Assembly (NCBI RefSeq): GCF_006345805.1
Contig: NC_043002.1
Coordinates: 66,898,001-66,962,000, forward strand
Source: Octopus sinensis
Taxonomy: Eukaryota
Direction: 5' to 3'
Length of the DNA stretch: 64,000 bases
Within the stretch, counting starts at the first letter, position 1. Every line of letters begins with the position of its first letter. A program made the position numbers and the translations under genes. The notes beneath the pieces were generated by a model that did no database searches, was not told the origin of the DNA, and worked only from the letters and a program-made list of their open reading frames with translations. Below are positions 38,585-52,166 of this stretch, piece after piece.

Positions 38585-40400
38585 GTGTGAGGAGACTACA
38601 GTGGACAACAGTATTCAAGGTGGGGTCGGGCAAAAGTAGATAAGAGAAGGATAATGGTGTGGATATCTCTCGACTGGGACGTTCTGAAAATCCAGGAGCA
38701 CATTCTACGGGCCATATCGACTTTGCTGTTTATGTGAGTAGTCCAGCTTATGTTGTTGTCTACAATTATTCCCAAGTCTCTGATGTTGTTGGATGCCACG
38801 GGAGTGTCATCTGAAGGAAGGGAGTATCAGAGTATCCCCTTTTCCAAAGTGGATTAACTCAAATTTGTCCTCGTTCAGCAGCATACTGTTCTTTTCCGCC
38901 CATTGGATGTCAGCCAGTAGATCTGACTGAAGGCATGTCCGGTCATCTACCTCATTGATGACCATCTAGATCTTGGAATCATCTGCAATGATTCTTATGT
39001 TGCTGTGCTTGATGATGTCAGTAATGTCATTGATGTAGATGATGATAAGAAATTGGCCCAACACAGTGGCTTGTGGAACACCACTACTGACTTTAGCTGG
39101 GGTTGATTTTGCTCCTTCGACTACGTGTTGGGTTTTGTCTGCCAGGAAACACTTGAAACATTGTAGTAACTTTTCAGCGACACCAATGTTAGATAGTTTT
39201 TCAAGAGAATCTTATGATCAATCCTGTCAAAGGTCTTGCTGAAATCAAGATAGACGACATCGATGTTGGAGCCCTCTCCTAAAGCTCTCAAAATGTCTTC
39301 AAAGTGATGCAGGAGCTGTGTTAGGCAGTTCCTTCTATTACGGCAACCATGTGGGTTGGGGAGTAGCAGTCTGTTGCTTTTAAGAAAGTCTGTAATTCGG
39401 GATCTCACCACCCTCTTAAATACCTTGATGATATGAGAGGTGAGTGAGATCGGTCGGTAGTTCACTACAAGGGACTTGTTTCCTTTTTGAAAACTGGGAC
39501 AAAGTTTTTAAGAATAAAGCTAGGATCCAGTGAGTTTTCCCACAGATTAGTGAGAGGAGATACAAGTTGGTGTTGGCACAACTTCAGGACACAAGCAGGG
39601 AACGTATCATGGCCTGTTGCTGAATTGTGTTTAATTTAGTTTATTGCCACTAAGACATTAGGGACGCCAAACGTTACGCCCGATATAATACGTTGGGGGT
39701 TAGCATCACTGATACAGTCCAGATCAGCCATATCAGGATTGCTGAAGACAGAGCAGCATTGTTTCTGCAGTATCTCACTCATAGTCTTGGAATTATCTTG
39801 GAGAGTGCCATTTTCAAGTAGGGGCCCAATAGTGGAGATACTGACCCTGGGATTTTTCGCCGAAGAGAAGAACACTTTGGGGTTGGGTTTGGTTTTCTCA
39901 ATGGCCCATTTCTCCTCAGCTCTTCTTTGGTCTTTGATGATGGTCTTCATGCATTGCTGGAAGCTATATATTTTTGATTCGAGCAGGGCTTAACCGTCGA
40001 ATATATATGTTGACAGCATTTTAGTATGTTAATTATTTTGTTTATTCTTTTTATTTTTCTGATTATAGTTTTTCTGTTTTGGGGGATTCTGCACTTAAAT
40101 TTTGTTAACAGATCTTGGTGTGGTGTACTTTGCACATATGTTTGTGACAGTGTCTACAAAGATATGCCAAGATGTTTTGATGCTGAAAGAAATGTATGCA
40201 TGCGTGAAAGACCAATCAACCTGTGATAGCTCTTTCACGATTGCATCCCTGTTGGGATTGAAGAAATCTATGTTATCAAATGAGTGGGCTGGAGAGAGGT
40301 CACTAGGGTCAGCTTTCGGCTGGTGGAATCTCAGGCTACAGAGAACCATGTCATGGTCTGAAAGAAGGGATTTTTTCCACTGTAATATTATGTATAGTGT
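38585..40400 (-). mobile_element. CR1-type LINE (linker + RT) remnant
   Basis: NYRPISLTSHIIKVF, IDVVYLDFSKTFDRIDH, SGVPQATVLGQFLIIIYINDI, IIADDSKI, RDLGIIVDNNISW, RPHLEYC. Confidence 0.9.
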
Positions 40401-40699
40401 TATTATGGTTACTAAATACTTGATCTAAAATGTTCTGATATCTTGTTGGTGCAAGGACAAGCCGGGACAAGAAAAAACGAGAAATGACTCTACTGCTTCT
40501 TTGTCAGCAGTTAAAGAAGGAAGTACCTGGTCTCAAACTGTTTGTAGACCAATCAAAACACAGGGTAGATTAAAATCTCCCATCATAAGTATGTTACGTT
40601 ACGAGGATGGCACTGTTGAATAAAGCACTTAATATGTGTGTATGCATATATGTATGTATATATATATATATGTATATGTATATATATATGTATATATAT

Positions 40700-40905
40700 A
40701 TATATATGTATATATATGATTCAATGTGACCGCGTGTGTAACGTTGGCGATTTTCTTTTTCCGTCTTCCCTTCCTTGGACTTTTCCTCTTTCTATGTTTC
40801 TGACGAAGAGCTCCGCTCGAAACGTTAAATCCTCCTCCTTCCTCTTTCCTTTCCTGAGCGTCCAATAACACTATACTTGTTCCACGTCCTTTCGTTGTTG
40901 TGTTT
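40700..40905 (+). mobile_element. Short hammerhead-bearing unit in (TA)n (homologous to 61935-62115)
   Basis: ATGTGACCGCGTGTGTA..CTATGTTTCTGACGAAGAGCTCCGCTCGAAACGTTAAATCC..CCTGAGCGTCCAATAACACTATACTTGTTCCACG is shared by both copies. Confidence 0.8.
40795..40830 (+). ncRNA. Minimal type I hammerhead motif (PLE-like, extra A after the core)
   Basis: CTGACGA-A-GAGC-TCC-GCTC-GAAAC-GTT with palindromic AACGTT. Stem I is only TTT/AAA. Confidence 0.6.
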
Positions 40906-40906
40906 A

Positions 40907-41009
<103 letters not shown>

Positions 41010-41124
41010 TATATATATATGGCTCCGTTCAATTTAACAATGCAATCATTGCATCAACTTAAATGCATGGCATAAATTTATAGAATCTTTAATCAGTTGG
41101 ACACATTAAAGATTTTATTTATCT

Positions 41125-41212
41125 GTGCAGCTGAGGATAGCCCTGCATTTAAATTGATGTAATGATTGCATTGTAAATTTAAACGGAGCCGCTTGAAACG
41201 GTCGTACAGCAC
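41125..41212 (+). ncRNA. Degenerate type I hammerhead motif (same family as 27500-27587)
   Basis: Stem I GTGCAG/CAGCAC (one mismatch); CTGAGGA; AGC..GCT; GAAAC-GGTC-GTA. 41021-41067 is an inverted copy of 41144-41190. Confidence 0.6.
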
Positions 41213-41334
41213 CACCTCTTAATATCCTGTTGCTTATTTTGATTTTATTCACCTTTGAGTTGTACAGATAATACCGCACTGACTTGGTGCATCAACTTAA
41301 GTACCTAATTCAACTGAATCTCAATTATTTCTTA

Positions 41335-41408
<74 letters not shown>

Positions 41409-41805
41409 TATGTATATACATGTATATGTATATATATGTATATGTATGTGTATATATGTATGTATATACATGTATATATGTAAATATATATATATATGTA
41501 TATATGTATGTATATACATGCATATATGTAAATATATATATATGTACATATATATGTATTTATACACACATATTTGTGTGCGCTTTTTAACATTGTTTGC
41601 TTTGAAACTATATATGTATGAATGTAGTTTTTATGCGATTGTACTCAACATTTTTAATGTTGCTTCTTAAATGATATTAACTGCATTTTCTTCAATTTCA
41701 TATTTATTTCATAAATACAATATACAGCATGCATATAGAAGTCACACCGCTAATATGAGTGTACACTTGCAAAGTCATGCACACACCGACTCCTATGCAC
41801 ACATG

Positions 41806-41883
<78 letters not shown>

Positions 41884-42389
41884 CAGCCGAAATTGCGAAG
41901 ATGATCCGGTTCTTGACTGAAGATTGAAGGCTTCGAATGTCCCGTCCGTGTTTTTTGTATCGTCTTCTAAATGTTTACGTTCTTGTCCCAGTTTGTATTT
42001 TTTACATTTACACACACACACACACCACACACACGTGTGGGTAGTCTTGATTTTTCATATTTTGTAAATATAACAGATACTGCTGCTAATGTGGGAGTAC
42101 TTAGCTCCCACACACAGACACACCTACTCGCTCATAGATATGCTTATATATATATATATATTATATATATATATATATATAATATATATATATGTATGTA
42201 TGTATGTATGTATAAGCATATCTAAGTATCCATTAATAAAAAAACACATCAAGATCTTGTATATTTGTCAATAGAAGTGGTATATTAATTATTTATACAA
42301 GACGGTGATATTGATCCTTTTCAGTCCATTTTAACAATCAATTTCATTAACAACATTTTCGGAAACTATTTTCGGCACTCAGCACATCT

Positions 42390-43017
42390 GGTTACTGTAT
42401 CAAGTGTAGAATACTTGTATAGCAGTACGAAATATAGGCTCTGTTTAGTGGGAAAAGAATTATATTAAAGAACTCTCTTCATCCGGACACCTCTCTAAAC
42501 TATAAAAACGAAATTTTCTTATCCTGCCCTCATGAAAGCAAATATATCCTTGGAGTACAGAGGTTTTGCTACACCCAGGTTTTACATAGAAACACATACA
42601 TAAACATATACGAACACATTTAGATATGATCTTAAGGTTGATCCTTCCCCAATCTCCACTTTCACCCACTCCTATACCCACATCAAGCCCATCCCGTCCG
42701 TGCCTTTTACTCACTCCCACTCCAAAGACAGTCACCTCATACACACTGGTGCCACCATCTGATTCCTATTCTAACGAATATATGTTCTTACTTCCGGTTT
42801 TATCCTACGGTTTTTTTTTGGTTCCCGTCTTTTGCGGTACCCCCAAACCGGGTCTGACTCTTCATCATCTTTAGTGGGCTTGAGCCCCAAAAATACTTTT
42901 CCTACCAGCTCTTCGTAATGAGTGGAGAGACTGGTTTTCCAAAGCTCTCGTGTACGAAACCGATTCGTTACAATCAGCTCAAATGGGTCCTTAATGCTTT
43001 AGTGCATAAATAATCAG
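42390..43017 (+). mobile_element. Penelope-like element 3' end (C-terminal remnant + UTR)
   Basis: Frameshifted SSTKYRLCLV..HPDTSLNYKNEIFLSCPHESKYIL resembles the PLE C-terminal C..LCL.EK..LN.R.E..S.C.H motif. Ends at (TA)n. Confidence 0.6.
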
Positions 43018-43046
43018 TATATATATATATATATAATATATATATA

Positions 43047-43099
<53 letters not shown>

Positions 43100-43835
43100 C
43101 GAAAATAGCTAGTAAGATCCATAGAAGTAGAGTCCAAAAGAAAACAGAGATCAAATAGTAATTCAATGGTAATCCGGGTGGAGTGCTGGTTTGGTGAATG
43201 ATGTACCGAAAGTTCGGGAAGTAGTTAGGATAAGAGTACAAGAGAGTAGGAAGTTCAGTCAGGTAGGATCAAACAGGAGTGACCACACATACACATATAT
43301 ATATTCTCGAAGAAATAAATCTATAACTAATAGCGTGTAAATACTAGGTTAAAACCCCCCACGTTATATATGTTTGAATGTATGTATGTATCTATCTGTC
43401 TGTCTGTCATCTATTTCTCTCTCTATATATGTATATGCACACATGCATATGCATTTATTTACATAATTATTTCATAAATATCTTAAATAGGACACACACG
43501 TACACATATACACACATGCATACATGCATGTGTGTGTATATATATATATATGTGTGTGTGTGTGTATATGTATCATATATATATGTGTATATATATATAT
43601 ATACATACACACACACACATGTTCATACATATGTAAACATGCACTCAAACATATTTTTGGTAATTTGATGATTTCTTTCACTTGTTTGTAATGTAAAGCA
43701 CAATCAATATTGTGTATATTGATAGGAACGCACGTATGGAAGCGCACACACGTACACCCCCCCACACACACATACAGACACACGCGCGCGCGCACAAATT
43801 TTGATCAAAGGTGACTGTTTAATTAGGAGGCAAGG

Positions 43836-44073
43836 TATATAAAGATTTCCAAGTAGCAAAATACAATCAGCGCCAGAAAACGAAAGTAGAATTTGAGTGA
43901 CGTGGCTTTTCCTCATTGGCTCGCTTAGCTCTATCAGATTTTTTTCTATATCAGTGAGGTTTCCGGACACCCACATAATCTACTTTTTTAAAGGAAATCT
44001 AATCACCTTAATTAAAAATTGATTCAATCCTTTGATCATCAATCCAATTTTTTGCTGTGCGTCCTGATCTCAG
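43836..44073 (+). promoter_or_regulatory. Candidate promoter and first exon with ERSE + UPRE
   Basis: TATATAAAG 43836-43844; TGACGTGG 43898-43905; CGTGG-N9-ATTGG 43901-43919; Inr-like TCAGT 43950-43954; CAG|GTAATG donor at 44074. Confidence 0.4.
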
Positions 44074-44369
44074 GTAATGTTGCGCGTTTTGTTATCCTAC
44101 GCGTTGTATTTATAGTAACGTGTTTACATTTATAGTAACATGTTTACACTGAAGTTGCCAGAACGCTGCTATTTGCCAACACAGTAGAACACTACGTAAT
44201 CGCTGGCTTGTAGATTTTGTATGGCAGTTTCAAATCTCTGTTGAGCCATTCTATTTCACTTGTGCTTTGTGTTTTCGTTTCTAGTCAGCACTGGCCTTTT
44301 GCACACTACAATGAGATAAAGCTTTTGAAGGTGTTATGACAAAAATCCCATCATGTATTTAAAAACAAA

Positions 44370-44880
44370 AAAATCTTTTACTTGTTTTCAGCCATTGGAA
44401 TGCGGCTATAATGGTACATCACTTTGAAGGGATTTAATCGAACAAATAGACCTCTAACATTTATTTTGAAGTCTGGTGCTTATTCTGTTGGTTTCTTTGA
44501 GCTGAACCACTTTATTAAGGGACGCAAACAAACCAACATCGATTATTAATCATTGGTGGGGTACAAACAGAAACATCAGACAGACACACACACACACACA
44601 TACTAGGCACGGTCCTAGGAATTTTTCAAAGGAAGGTCACAAGATCAGAAGGGAATACAATCCCAGGAGAAAAGAATGTAACAGCATTATTTAGAAGGGC
44701 GGGCGCACTTCTTTTCTTGAGGGGGGCACGTACCCTTCAACCTCCGCCCCCGTGTCCACCCCTGTATACGACGGAATTTTGAAAAACTTTTCCCGTACCA
44801 AATTCAATCTCAAGACGTTGGTCGGTCCGGGGCTATAATAGAAAATACTTGCCCAAGGTTTCGCGCAGCCCTGTCTTTGA
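44370..44880 (-). mobile_element. Diverged SINE B, interrupted at ~44622-44765 by a GC-rich possible MITE
   Basis: B tail and head motifs on either side; the insert ends ..CCCCGTGTCCACCCCTG|TA. Confidence 0.6.
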
Positions 44881-45589
44881 CGTTCTTCAGTTATCTTTGT
44901 TTTTATAGTGCTGGCTGGATCCAGCTGCGGTTTAACGGTTAAGGAATTAACTGGCTAATCGTGAGGTCACGGGTGTGATCCCACTGCATGGTGCTTCGTT
45001 GGTGTTTCTTTTATTATAGCCTTGGGTCAATCTCAACTATTGTGAGTAAAATTTGGAAGCTCGTCGGGTGAATTCTATCCATGGTATAGATAGCTAGCCT
45101 TATCACACATTGTTACACCGATTCTCTTTGAAAATTACATTAAAACTTCGTTAAAACGTCATGTGTCTGTAGACTACTCAAACACTTCTGTGCTCCGTCA
45201 ATGAGAAGGTAGTTCCACTGACCGTACACTTGAAACGCTCACAGTCGTAACTGACGGAAACCCATGACATTGGTGGTTATCATTGCTGCTGCTGCTGTTG
45301 TAGATGAGTAATGTATCAATTCCCGACTGTAACCGCCACAGTACTTTGCTTATTGAACTAAATAACTTCGACTGTATATCTCTCGCTCAGAGATTTAAAA
45401 CATGTTTTTCTCAATATGTTCACCGATCTAACCTCTTAACATAGCATTGTTTTTCAAATTCGATGCAAAAAAAAAAATCATTTTTAAATCATTTATTTTG
45501 AATCTGTATATAAAGAAGAATAAGTACACAAATTATATTGGATCAGTTATGATTTATTATGTGGTTACTGTAAGGCGGCGAGGTGGCAG

Positions 45590-46325
45590 AAACGTTAGCA
45601 CGCCGGGCGAAATGCGTAGCCGTATTTCGTCTGCCGTAACGTTGTGAGTTAAAATTCCGCCGAGGTTGACTCTACCTTTCATCCTTTTGAGATCAATAAA
45701 TTAAGTACCACTTATGTATTGGCGTCGATCTAATCGACTGGCCCCCATTCCCAAAATTTCGGACCTTGTGCCTAGAGTAGAAAATATTATGTAGTTACTG
45801 TTAGATATGATAATTACTGATAGAAAACGGGAATGACATCATGAACCAAGTATTTCGGGTTAGAAGTAAGTGATAGATACGTCAGAGTACAATGAACGTA
45901 TATTTTCGTTCAAATATGTATTTACTAGACATAGGCGCTGTGTGGTAAGAAGCTTGTCTCCCAAAGGCGGCGAGTTGGCAGAAACGTTAGCACGCCGGGC
46001 GAAATGCTTAGCAGTATTTCGTCTGCTGCTACGTTCTGAGTTCAAATTCCGCCGAGGTCGACTTTGCCTACCATCCTTTCGGGGTCGATTAAATAATTAC
46101 CAGTTACGTACTGAGGTCGATATAATCAACTTAATCCGTTTGTCTGTCCTTGTTTGTCCCTTCTGTGTGTAGCCCCTTATGGGCAGTAAAGAAATAAGAA
46201 GATTGTCTCCGGGTTCAGTTTCACTGCATGTAACCTTGGGTAAGTGTCTTCTACTATAACCTCGGACCGACCAAAAGATCTTGTGAGTAGCATTAGTAGA
46301 CGGAAACTGAAAGAAGCCCGTCGTA

Positions 46326-46410
<85 letters not shown>

Positions 46411-46660
46411 ATGTATGTATGTATGTATATATGTATGTATGTATGTATGTGTGTCTGTCTGTGTTTGACCTTTCAACATCGCTTGACAACTGATGCTGGT
46501 GTGTTTACGTCCCCGTAACTTAGCGGTTCAACAAAAGACACCGATAGAATAAGTACTAGGCTTACAAAGAATAAGTCCTGGATTCTATTTGTTCTACTAA
46601 ATTCGGTGCTCCAGCATGGCCGCAGTCAAATGACTGAAACAAGTAAAAGAATAAAAGGAT
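45590..46660 (+). mobile_element. SINE A (45590-45785) plus SINE A (45965-46200) nested in the head of a SINE B (45930-46660)
   Basis: B head GGCGCTGTGTGGTAAGAAGCTTGTCTCC resumes after the A copy as TTGTCTCCGGGTTCAG, with TTGTCTCC repeated. Confidence 0.85.
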
Positions 46661-48017
46661 CTTTGAAGTAAAATTTTCGGAATAATATGTTAAGATTTCA
46701 GTTTTATGATGATTACATGCATGGCTTATATTCGATCTTTGGATCGAACCAAGGAAATTGTTTCTATTGGTTTTGCATTTCAAATTATTGATTCTGTCAT
46801 GCCGGCCTTAATTTCTGGCAAAAGTGGCAAGGTGGGATTTGAACTTGCGATGCACAAAGCCGGAACAAATACTGCAAGGCACCACGTCAATGCTCTAAAA
46901 AACTCCACCAATCCATCCGTTTGTTCTGATATATTCTTATCATCCACCCTGGAAAGATGAAAGGTATCACCACCTTCAACTACTGACCATTTACCTAACT
47001 AATTTGAGTTCAAATTCTTATGAAGTCTGTAAAGTAAGACATAGAAGGGCAATTTAAAATACTCAGCGTGCTTTAATAATTAGATAGTTAATTAGTTTGA
47101 CGATTTCTTGAGTGGCAAGTTCAGAAAAGCTGAGATCATTGCAGCATAGTGGTGTAAGGAGGAGGAGAATGAGTAGGAGGAGGAGGACAACGACGACAGC
47201 GGGTCCGTAGGGCTGTGTTTTGAAGTAGTTTTAAATGAGGGGAGCTTTGCCGATCATAGGGTGTGTGGGGGATGTGTGCACTCTTCCAGATATTAGAACA
47301 CAGCACAATTTATAAATTTTCTGTAAATTATTCACGAAACGAATTTGAATTTATTCAAGAAATCCGCCTTCTTTTTGTTAAGGAAGTTTCATGTTTTATT
47401 TTCTAATGGAAGAATAAAAAAAAAAAAAGGAAAGGAAAAGCGAAAAAGAAAAAGCAAATTGTAGCAACGCCTTATTTTTTTTTAAACATACTTTCTCAAA
47501 TTCTGGTTAGTTGTGTAAAGTATGTCAGTGATAAAGGTTATTAAACTAGAGAAGTTATTTTATGTCTTGATAAAATGTGTCACTGCCAACATACAGTGCA
47601 TCTACGAAAAACTAAAGATCGTAGTCTCGAAAAATACTTAATATCCGTGAATCTGTTCCTAATTAGATTATATAAAACAACTATAGCGTTATCGAGCCAG
47701 TGAAGGAAGCTTCTATGTGGTTGCTCTACCTGCTAGAAGTAGCAACCAAATCTCCCTTAAATGGCATCTCAACTTCTTAAAAATGAAGGGTAACAGTGAA
47801 TGCACCATGTCCCCAAAAGAAGAAGGATAAAGGAAGGAAGAATAGTACAGGCTGATATGGTTTTGACCAATAAGCTGATCATTTAGAATTCACATGGGGT
47901 TAAATTACAACGACAACTGTCTCATAAGACCAGGAAACAAAGAAGTTTATACGTAAATTTGTCCGTTCAACACAGCAAGCGAGTCTGTTTCAACAAAACC
48001 TTTATGCTATTTAGTGT

Positions 48018-49110
48018 GTGGCGAGCTGGCAGAATCGTTAGCACGCCGGGCGAAATGCTTAGCGGTATTTCGTCTGCCGCTACGTTCTGAGTTCAAATTC
48101 CGCCGAGGTCGACTTTGCCTTTCATCCTTTCGGGGTCGATTAAATAAGTACCAGTTGTGCACTGGGGTCGATATAATCGACTTAATCCGTTTGTCTGTCT
48201 TTGTTTGTCCTCTCTGTGTTTAGCCCCTTGTGGGTAGTAAAGAAATAGGTATTTCGTCTGTCTTTAAGTTCTGAGTTCAAATTACGCCGAAGTCGACTTT
48301 GCCTTTAATCCTTTCGAGGTTGATAAATTAAGTACCAGTTGCATACTGGAGTCGATTTAATTGACTGCCCCCCTCCCCCAAAATTTCGGGCCTTGTAGAA
48401 AAGAATATTTAGTGTGTGTAGAACTATGTATTTTAAATAGGAACACTTTGGTAAGACTGCTCCAGAACACATCGTTAGAAAGTCAACCTCGGCAGATTTT
48501 GAACTCAGAAGGAAAAGCCAGACGGCATGCTAACGTTTCTTATTTCTTTATTACCTACAAGGAGCTAAACATAGAAGGGACAAACAAGGACAGACAAAGG
48601 GATTAAGTCGATTACATCTATGCCAGTGCGTAACTGGTACTTAATTCATCGACCCCGAAAGGATGAACGGTAAAGTCGACCTCGGCAGAATTTGAAGTCA
48701 GAACGTAACGGCAGACGAAATACCTAATTCTTTACTACCCAGAAGGGGTTAAACACAGAGAGGAAAAACAAGGACAGACAAACGGATTAAGTCGATTATA
48801 TCGACCCCAGTGCGCAACTGGAACTTAATTTATCAACCGCGAAAGGATGAAAGGCAGAGTCGACCACGGCGGAATTTGAACTCAGAACGTAGCGGCAAAC
48901 GAAATACGGCTACGTATTTCGCACGGCGTGCTAACGTTTCTGCCAGCTCGCCGCTTTATGAGTGTTTCAATATTCTTTTCTACTCTAGGCACAATGCCCG
49001 AAACTTTTGAGGAGGGTGTCAGTCAATTAGATCGACCCCCGTACGCAACTAGTACTTAATTTACCGACCCTGAAAGGATGAAAGGCAAAGTCGACCTAGG
49101 CGGAATTTGA
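48018..49110. mobile_element. Cluster of SINE A multimers (+ strand 48018-48400; - strand 48480-49110)
   Basis: Repeated A bodies in both orientations. Confidence 0.85.
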
Positions 49111-49325
49111 TAACGTGAATAATATCGATAAACGAATGATTCTGACCATTCATATGACGTTTAAGTGTTTTTTTAAAAAAGAGTACCAGTAATTTCTTCA
49201 TATTAGTATGAAGACTACAAATCCGATCTTTGCGATAAAAACACCAGCTAAATTTTGACTTCCAAACTAATTGCTCGCTGTGAAGTGGCAGTTCTGATCC
49301 AATTTTCAGATATTTGTACATAGAT

Positions 49326-49356
<31 letters not shown>

Positions 49357-50129
49357 TTCTTTCGCACAGAGACGCAGGCGTACACGTACATATATAGACA
49401 CACGCGTATACGATAATGTTTATCCTGCGGTAGCTCCAGTTACTTTATTTTCGTGATCAATGTGTGAACTCTTTTTTTGACACATAGATATGTCCATACA
49501 CAAGTATATACACATACACACACACACATACACACACATACATACATACATACATACATACACACATACACACACACACACACATTTATGTACATATAAA
49601 TGGTGGTTTATGGAATCTGATACTGGTGTCTTAATTGTAGCTGGTATCGAAAATTGCCTACGAACGTGTGTATTTTTTATTGTTAAAATAGTAGTAGTAG
49701 TAATGATAATAATAATAAAAGCAATCAACATTTCAATGTGCACAAGAAACTTTATTAACTTGTAAAATGAGCTGAAAATTATTCTGCTGACAAGGTGTCG
49801 GAGAAAATGGTAAGAAAAAACAAGCACAAAAAAAACAAGCACCAAAAAAAACAAGAAACAAAACAAAACAAAACAAAATATGTGAAAAGAAATAGCAAAA
49901 AATTTATCGAAGGAGATAGAAAGCTTTTGGCAAGAAATGTTCGGAGCAGATGACAGCGGTGTCAACAATAACCTAAGAAGGGAAACATTCCCGTTACAGC
50001 TGGTATTGACAAACATCAAGAATGATCTTTCGTTCTCATATTCCTGAAGTTTTTCTCTATTTATTTACCTTTCTCTGTCCTCTTTCTCTTCACACTCTCC
50101 CTCATACGCTCACTCTCTCTCACTCTCAC

Positions 50130-50545
50130 ACTTCCTGCAAAAATACGAGTAGGGAGTCTTCCTGGAAAATTCCAAGGAGGGAGAAGAGAAGGGGAGGGAG
50201 GACCTCCTAGAAAAGTCCGAGGAGGGGTAGTTCGTGGAAAGTTCGAAGGATGGGAGGGAGTACTACCTGGAAAATTCGGAGGGGAATAGAAGGGGAGAAA
50301 TGGGATGGGGACTTCCCGGAAAAGTCGGAGGAGGTGTAGTTCCTGGGAAATTCCAAGGAGGGATAATTGAAGGGGAGGGAGGATTTCGTGGAAAAGTCCG
50401 AGGAGGGGAGTTCTTGGAAAGTCCCAAGGAAGGGGAATAGAAGGGGGGAGGACCTTCTGAAAATGTCTGAGGTGGGGACTTCCTGGAAGATTCCATGGGG
50501 GGAAATAGAAGGGGAAGAAGGTGAAGGAGGACTTCTTGGAAAATC
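50130..50545. repeat. Degenerate purine-rich minisatellite with repeated TTCN3GAA motifs
   Basis: Recurrent CTTCCTGGAAAA(T/G)TCC..GGAGGGG units. Confidence 0.8.
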
Positions 50546-51366
50546 CCGTTCTCCTCCTTTTCCCTCTTTTTCTTTGTCTTCCTCTCCCCTCCTCTTTCTT
50601 TCTTTCTTTATATATACTTCGTTTTTCTTTTAGATTTTCTGTTTCATTTTCGAGTATATACTTTCCACTTTCCTCCCTAATTATCTCCCTTCGCTCCCCA
50701 TTCTCTTCTCTCTCCCTGTGTAAATATATATATATATATATGTATGTATGTATGTATGTATAATCTTTGTTCTTCTTTCTTTCCCTTTTTCATTTCTTAG
50801 CCTTGCTCTCTGAGAATAGTCTCTTATTCTTTCAGCTCATTCCCTTGTTTTGTTTCACCTTCTTGCATATTCTTTTCGCTTTTATCCCTTTCCTCCTTAT
50901 TTCTTCTTATTTATCTCCCCTTTCTCCCCATTTTCTTTTTCAAATCCATCAAATATCTTCCATCATGCTATTAAACTCAATCACTTTTTCACGTTTTAAC
51001 TCTCGTATTCTTGTTTTTACCTTTCTCATTTTCATTTACCCCGCACCTTTATCTCTTTCCATCTATGACTCTTTCTTTCTGCTTGTACTCCTCTTCAAAC
51101 TTTCTCACTTTGTGTATTCATGGTTTTTAGTATCTTCTCGTTTGCTACATTCCTATTTTTTTCTCTTTCCCTCTGTTCATTCATTTATAAGTATACACAC
51201 GCATGCGCAAACGATCACAGACACATCTAGAGAACTAGCTTAAAAACCGCACTCCGTGCATACTTTTGAACTAGCTCCTTTAGAGGGCTAATTGGATTTG
51301 CGGCCCAAAACTAAAGAGTACAATAATAATAAAGCATTTATTAGTACTCTACCAATATGGTATATA

Positions 51367-51586
51367 CAATAATCCCTCGACTATCGCGGGTGTTACGTTC
51401 CAAACCCTCCACCCCGCGATAGGTGAAAATTCGCGAAGTAGAAATAGTACTGTATATTTTTAATATTATTTTCATAATTTGTATATATTATTTTATTATA
51501 AATGCAAAACAACACCACAGAGGAATCGACGTAAGCTTAAATAATAAACCGCGATAGGTGAACCGCGATATGGCGACGGATAACTG
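51367..51586. mobile_element. pogo/Tigger-like MITE
   Basis: TA|CAATAATCCCTCGACTATCGCGG ... CCGCGATATGGCGACGGATAACTG|TA. Confidence 0.75.
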
Positions 51587-51699
51587 TACTTTAAATGCAG
51601 TTTAAATGAAAAACCTTACAAAAAGTTTACAAATGTTTGAAGTTCTTTTAAAATTTGAATTTTGAATTAGCATATAACGAATCCTCATCCAGATCTGAT

Positions 51700-51840
51700 C
51701 CCAATATTAGAAGAGCAGATTTTCAATCCCGGGATCATCCTGATTCCAAAACGATATAATATATCTATGTAGAGCAAAAGTAGACTGAGATTCAGGGGTC
51801 CCGGACGGACAGACAGAATTTCATGTTTATTATTATAGAA
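51700..51840 (-). mobile_element. Possible Helitron 5' end
   Basis: Minus strand begins TCTATAATAATAAACATGAAATTCTGTCTGTCCGTCC. Confidence 0.4.
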
Positions 51841-52166
51841 GAACATAAATTTAAACTTATGCGTATCTATGCATGCATGCGTGTGTATGCATGCATGCGT
51901 GCATGTATGCATGCATGCATGTATGTATACATGTATCTGTCTGTCTGTCTGTTTATCTATCTATGTATCCACATTTAATCCATGACAGTTAGTTCGACAA
52001 AATATATTTTGGTTCACCAATTAAATGATTATTCACTCTCAGACTTAACTGTTATTCTGTGTGGCCAGGTATGACTTCAAATTTATCACCCCACTGGATT
52101 ACACACACACAATAAAATATTTTCAGCCTTGATATTTAAACTTGCATATTAATTAATCTCAGCTAG

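Noticed and set aside
47060-47260. Signal-peptide-like stretch on the minus strand (PAVVVVLLLLLILLLL)
   Set aside because: It derives from a (GAG)n repeat, and an in-frame TAA separates it from the upstream ATG.
48018-49110. Regularly recurring ~30-bp motifs resembling a CRISPR array
   Set aside because: The whole SINE A body repeats, there are no unique spacers or cas genes, and the context is eukaryotic.
49880-50048. Protein-like open stretch (KEIESFWQEMFGADDSG...)
   Set aside because: Preceded by an in-frame stop with no acceptor site and no recognisable homology.
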